Origin: Octopus sinensis
Taxonomy: Eukaryota
NCBI RefSeq assembly: GCF_006345805.1
Contig: NC_042998.1
Span: 74,648,001 to 74,712,000 of the forward strand
Direction: 5' to 3'
Length of the DNA: 64,000 nucleotides
Shown piece by piece: positions 62,062 through 64,000 of the stretch (positions within the stretch are counted from its first letter, which is position 1; each line of letters starts with the position of its first letter). A program made the translations under genes and the position numbers. Below the pieces are notes generated by a model, which was not told the origin of the DNA, did not search any database, and saw nothing but the letters and a program-made list of their open reading frames with translations.

Positions 62062-63331
62062 CGAGGGGCGTTCAATAAGTAATGCCCCTGACCCACTTCC
62101 CATAGCAGTAGAGCAACGACACTTGGCACAGTTATTAGTCTTTTCCTACATAGGAACTACACAGAGTTATGCATTTCTCCCATCGTTTGATACAGCTCTG
62201 GAGACTGTTTTTGTAGAAGAACCAAGCTTGGTCCTCCAACCACGACGTGACTTCAGAAATCAAGGCTGCATCATCTGGGAAACGCTTTCCTTTCAAAATC
62301 AACTTCATGGCTGGGAAGAGGTGAAAATCAGAGGGTGCAAGGGGAGGAGTTCATAGCTGCACGACTGTGGTTCTGATCTGGCGACACGCGAGTTGTGGAC
62401 CGGAGCGTTGTCCTGCAGGAGGAGGATGCCTTTGCTGATCTTGCCCCGCCTCTTGATTTTGATAGCTTCTCTTAATTTCCTCAAAAGTGAAGCATAATAG
62501 GCTCCTGTAATTGTGGTACCCTTTGCCAGGAAAGCTGTCATCACTACTCCGTCCTAGTCCCAGAAGACTGTGAGCATAACCTTGTCAGCGGAGGGCTGCA
62601 CCCTTGCCTTCTTTGGAGGGGGTGAGTCACGGTGCTTCCACTGCATTGACTGGGCTTTGGTCTATGGATCATAGTGATGGACCCAGGTTTTATCCTGTGT
62701 AATCAGTCTTTTGAAAAATTTTGACTCATCTTCTTGGCACATCTCCAAATTCATCCTCGAGCACTCAACGCGTTCTTGCTTCTGGAAAGGTATGAGCAAC
62801 CTGGAAATCCATCTGGCAGACACCTTTTGCATATGCAAATGGTCATGAATGATAGTTTCCACAGACCCGGTACTAATCTTGACCTTATGGGCTATTTGGC
62901 GAATAGTTATGCGTTGACCTTCCAAAATGGCAGCCTCAACTTGACGGACAGACGTCTCATCAACGGCAGAAGGGGGCGACCAGATCTGGGAGCTGTTTCC
63001 ACAGAGTTCCGACTATTTTTGAATTCACAATGCCAGCGTTTTACAAGGTCATATGATGGGGCATCATCACCATAAGTTACTTTCATTTCATCAAAAGTCT
63101 CCCGTGGTGTGCGTCCTTTCAAATACAAAAACCAGATCACTGCTCGACACTCAACAGGTTCCATTTCACACTTGACTCAGTTCAAACACCTGTAAATCAG
63201 AAACCACAATTAGTTCAGAGCTGTAATTCGCCACGTAACCTATAGAGGTATAAATAAGTGCACATGCAATATTTAAGCTAGATCCAACAACTGCAAGTGG
63301 GTCAGGGGCATTACTTATTGAACGCCCCTCG
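62062..63331 (-). mobile_element. Full-length mariner DNA transposon (1270 bp), perfect 37-bp TIRs, TA TSD
   Basis: TIR CGAGGGGCGTTCAATAAGTAATGCCCCTGACCCACTT at 62062-62098 and, inverted, at 63295-63331; TA at 62060-62061 and 63332-63333. Confidence 0.97.
62135..63164 (-). pseudogene. Mariner D,D34D-type transposase, inactivated (irritans-like by motif)
   Basis: MEPVECRAVI..RSGRP; SARWISRLL; ITQDKTWVHHYDP; LLLQDNAPVH; LAPSDFHLF..KRWEKC. One frameshift, two TAG stops, and a deletion of the HPPYSPD segment. Confidence 0.93.
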
Positions 63332-63625
63332 TAGGAATATCACTAAGAGAGCACATTCGAAATGAGATAATTAAAGAAGGGGACAGAATGAAGGATGTAA
63401 TCGCCGAGTACCGAAGGCACAAGTTGAGCTGGGCCGGACATATTGCAAAGTTCACAGACAACAATTAAACCCATACAATTGCTGAGTGGAATCCAAGAGA
63501 TCGGAAAAGATAACTTAGAAGGGCCACAACGACGGGAAGACGATTTAATTAAGCAATTTAGGTCAAGTTGGAAAAGAATGGCGCAATCAAGACGAAATTG
63601 GAAGCGCATCGTGACCAATAGTATA
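63332..63625 (+). pseudogene. RTE-clade LINE remnant, right part (RT C-terminus)
   Basis: GISLREHIRNE..KLSWAGHIAK..EWNPRDRKR..DDLIK..WKRMAQSRRNW. Confidence 0.85.
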
Positions 63626-64000
63626 TAAGAGCATCTGATTACCTGGACGGTACCGTGATATTTAGTACATTTTAATGGCTGAATTTATATTGGCTGATTT
63701 CGTATACCAATTATCTAGGGACAATACTAACACAAGATTGCCTGATAATGTGGTTTTCAGGTTTTATAATAAAATGAAAATATTCCTTAGCTATGTAAAT
63801 TATTTGAATTACTTAGTACTGTATATGACCATCGCTGTATATACTGTATTACGAACTTTACAAACGAGTCTATTAGTATCCATACATATTTAAAATGACT
63901 TTCTTATTTTCGCAAAAATACTATGCGACCAAAGCTGTTGTTATATTTAGCTTATTGCAACACATCAATATAACGGAACAAATAAAAATTTTATGCCTGT

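Overview
AT-rich, repeat-saturated animal genomic DNA. It is most likely an Octopus/coleoid cephalopod intron or intergenic region (inferred from the tRNA-derived SINE families and the microsatellite load; not verified). I find no confidently supported host protein-coding exon, rRNA, true tRNA gene or CRISPR array, and almost all ORFs in the supplied track are microsatellite translations. The window contains: (1) at least four tRNA-derived SINE families, labelled A-D here, with swapped 3' tails; (2) CR1-group LINE fragments from two families; (3) four decayed restriction-like-endonuclease (R4/Dong-like) non-LTR fragments; (4) RTE fragments; (5) Penelope-like element (PLE) GIY-YIG remnants and terminal repeats; (6) Tc1 fragments, a full-length mariner with perfect TIRs nested in an RTE, and MITEs. 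The most notable signals are structured RNAs carried by the repeats. One is an apparently intact type I hammerhead ribozyme with an unusual long, branched stem II (33632-33718, minus strand), which has a diverged sister copy at 26908-26994. Another is a ~1.2-kb tandem dimer carrying a variant minimal hammerhead in each unit (retrozyme-like). There is also a covarying 3'-terminal hairpin motif shared by a SINE and two LINE families, a possible HDV-like ribozyme remnant, and a 171-bp near-perfect inverted repeat. All alignments, folds and translations were done by eye. Scattered single-base breaks in the microsatellites suggest long-read indel noise, so exact tandem duplications need read-level confirmation.
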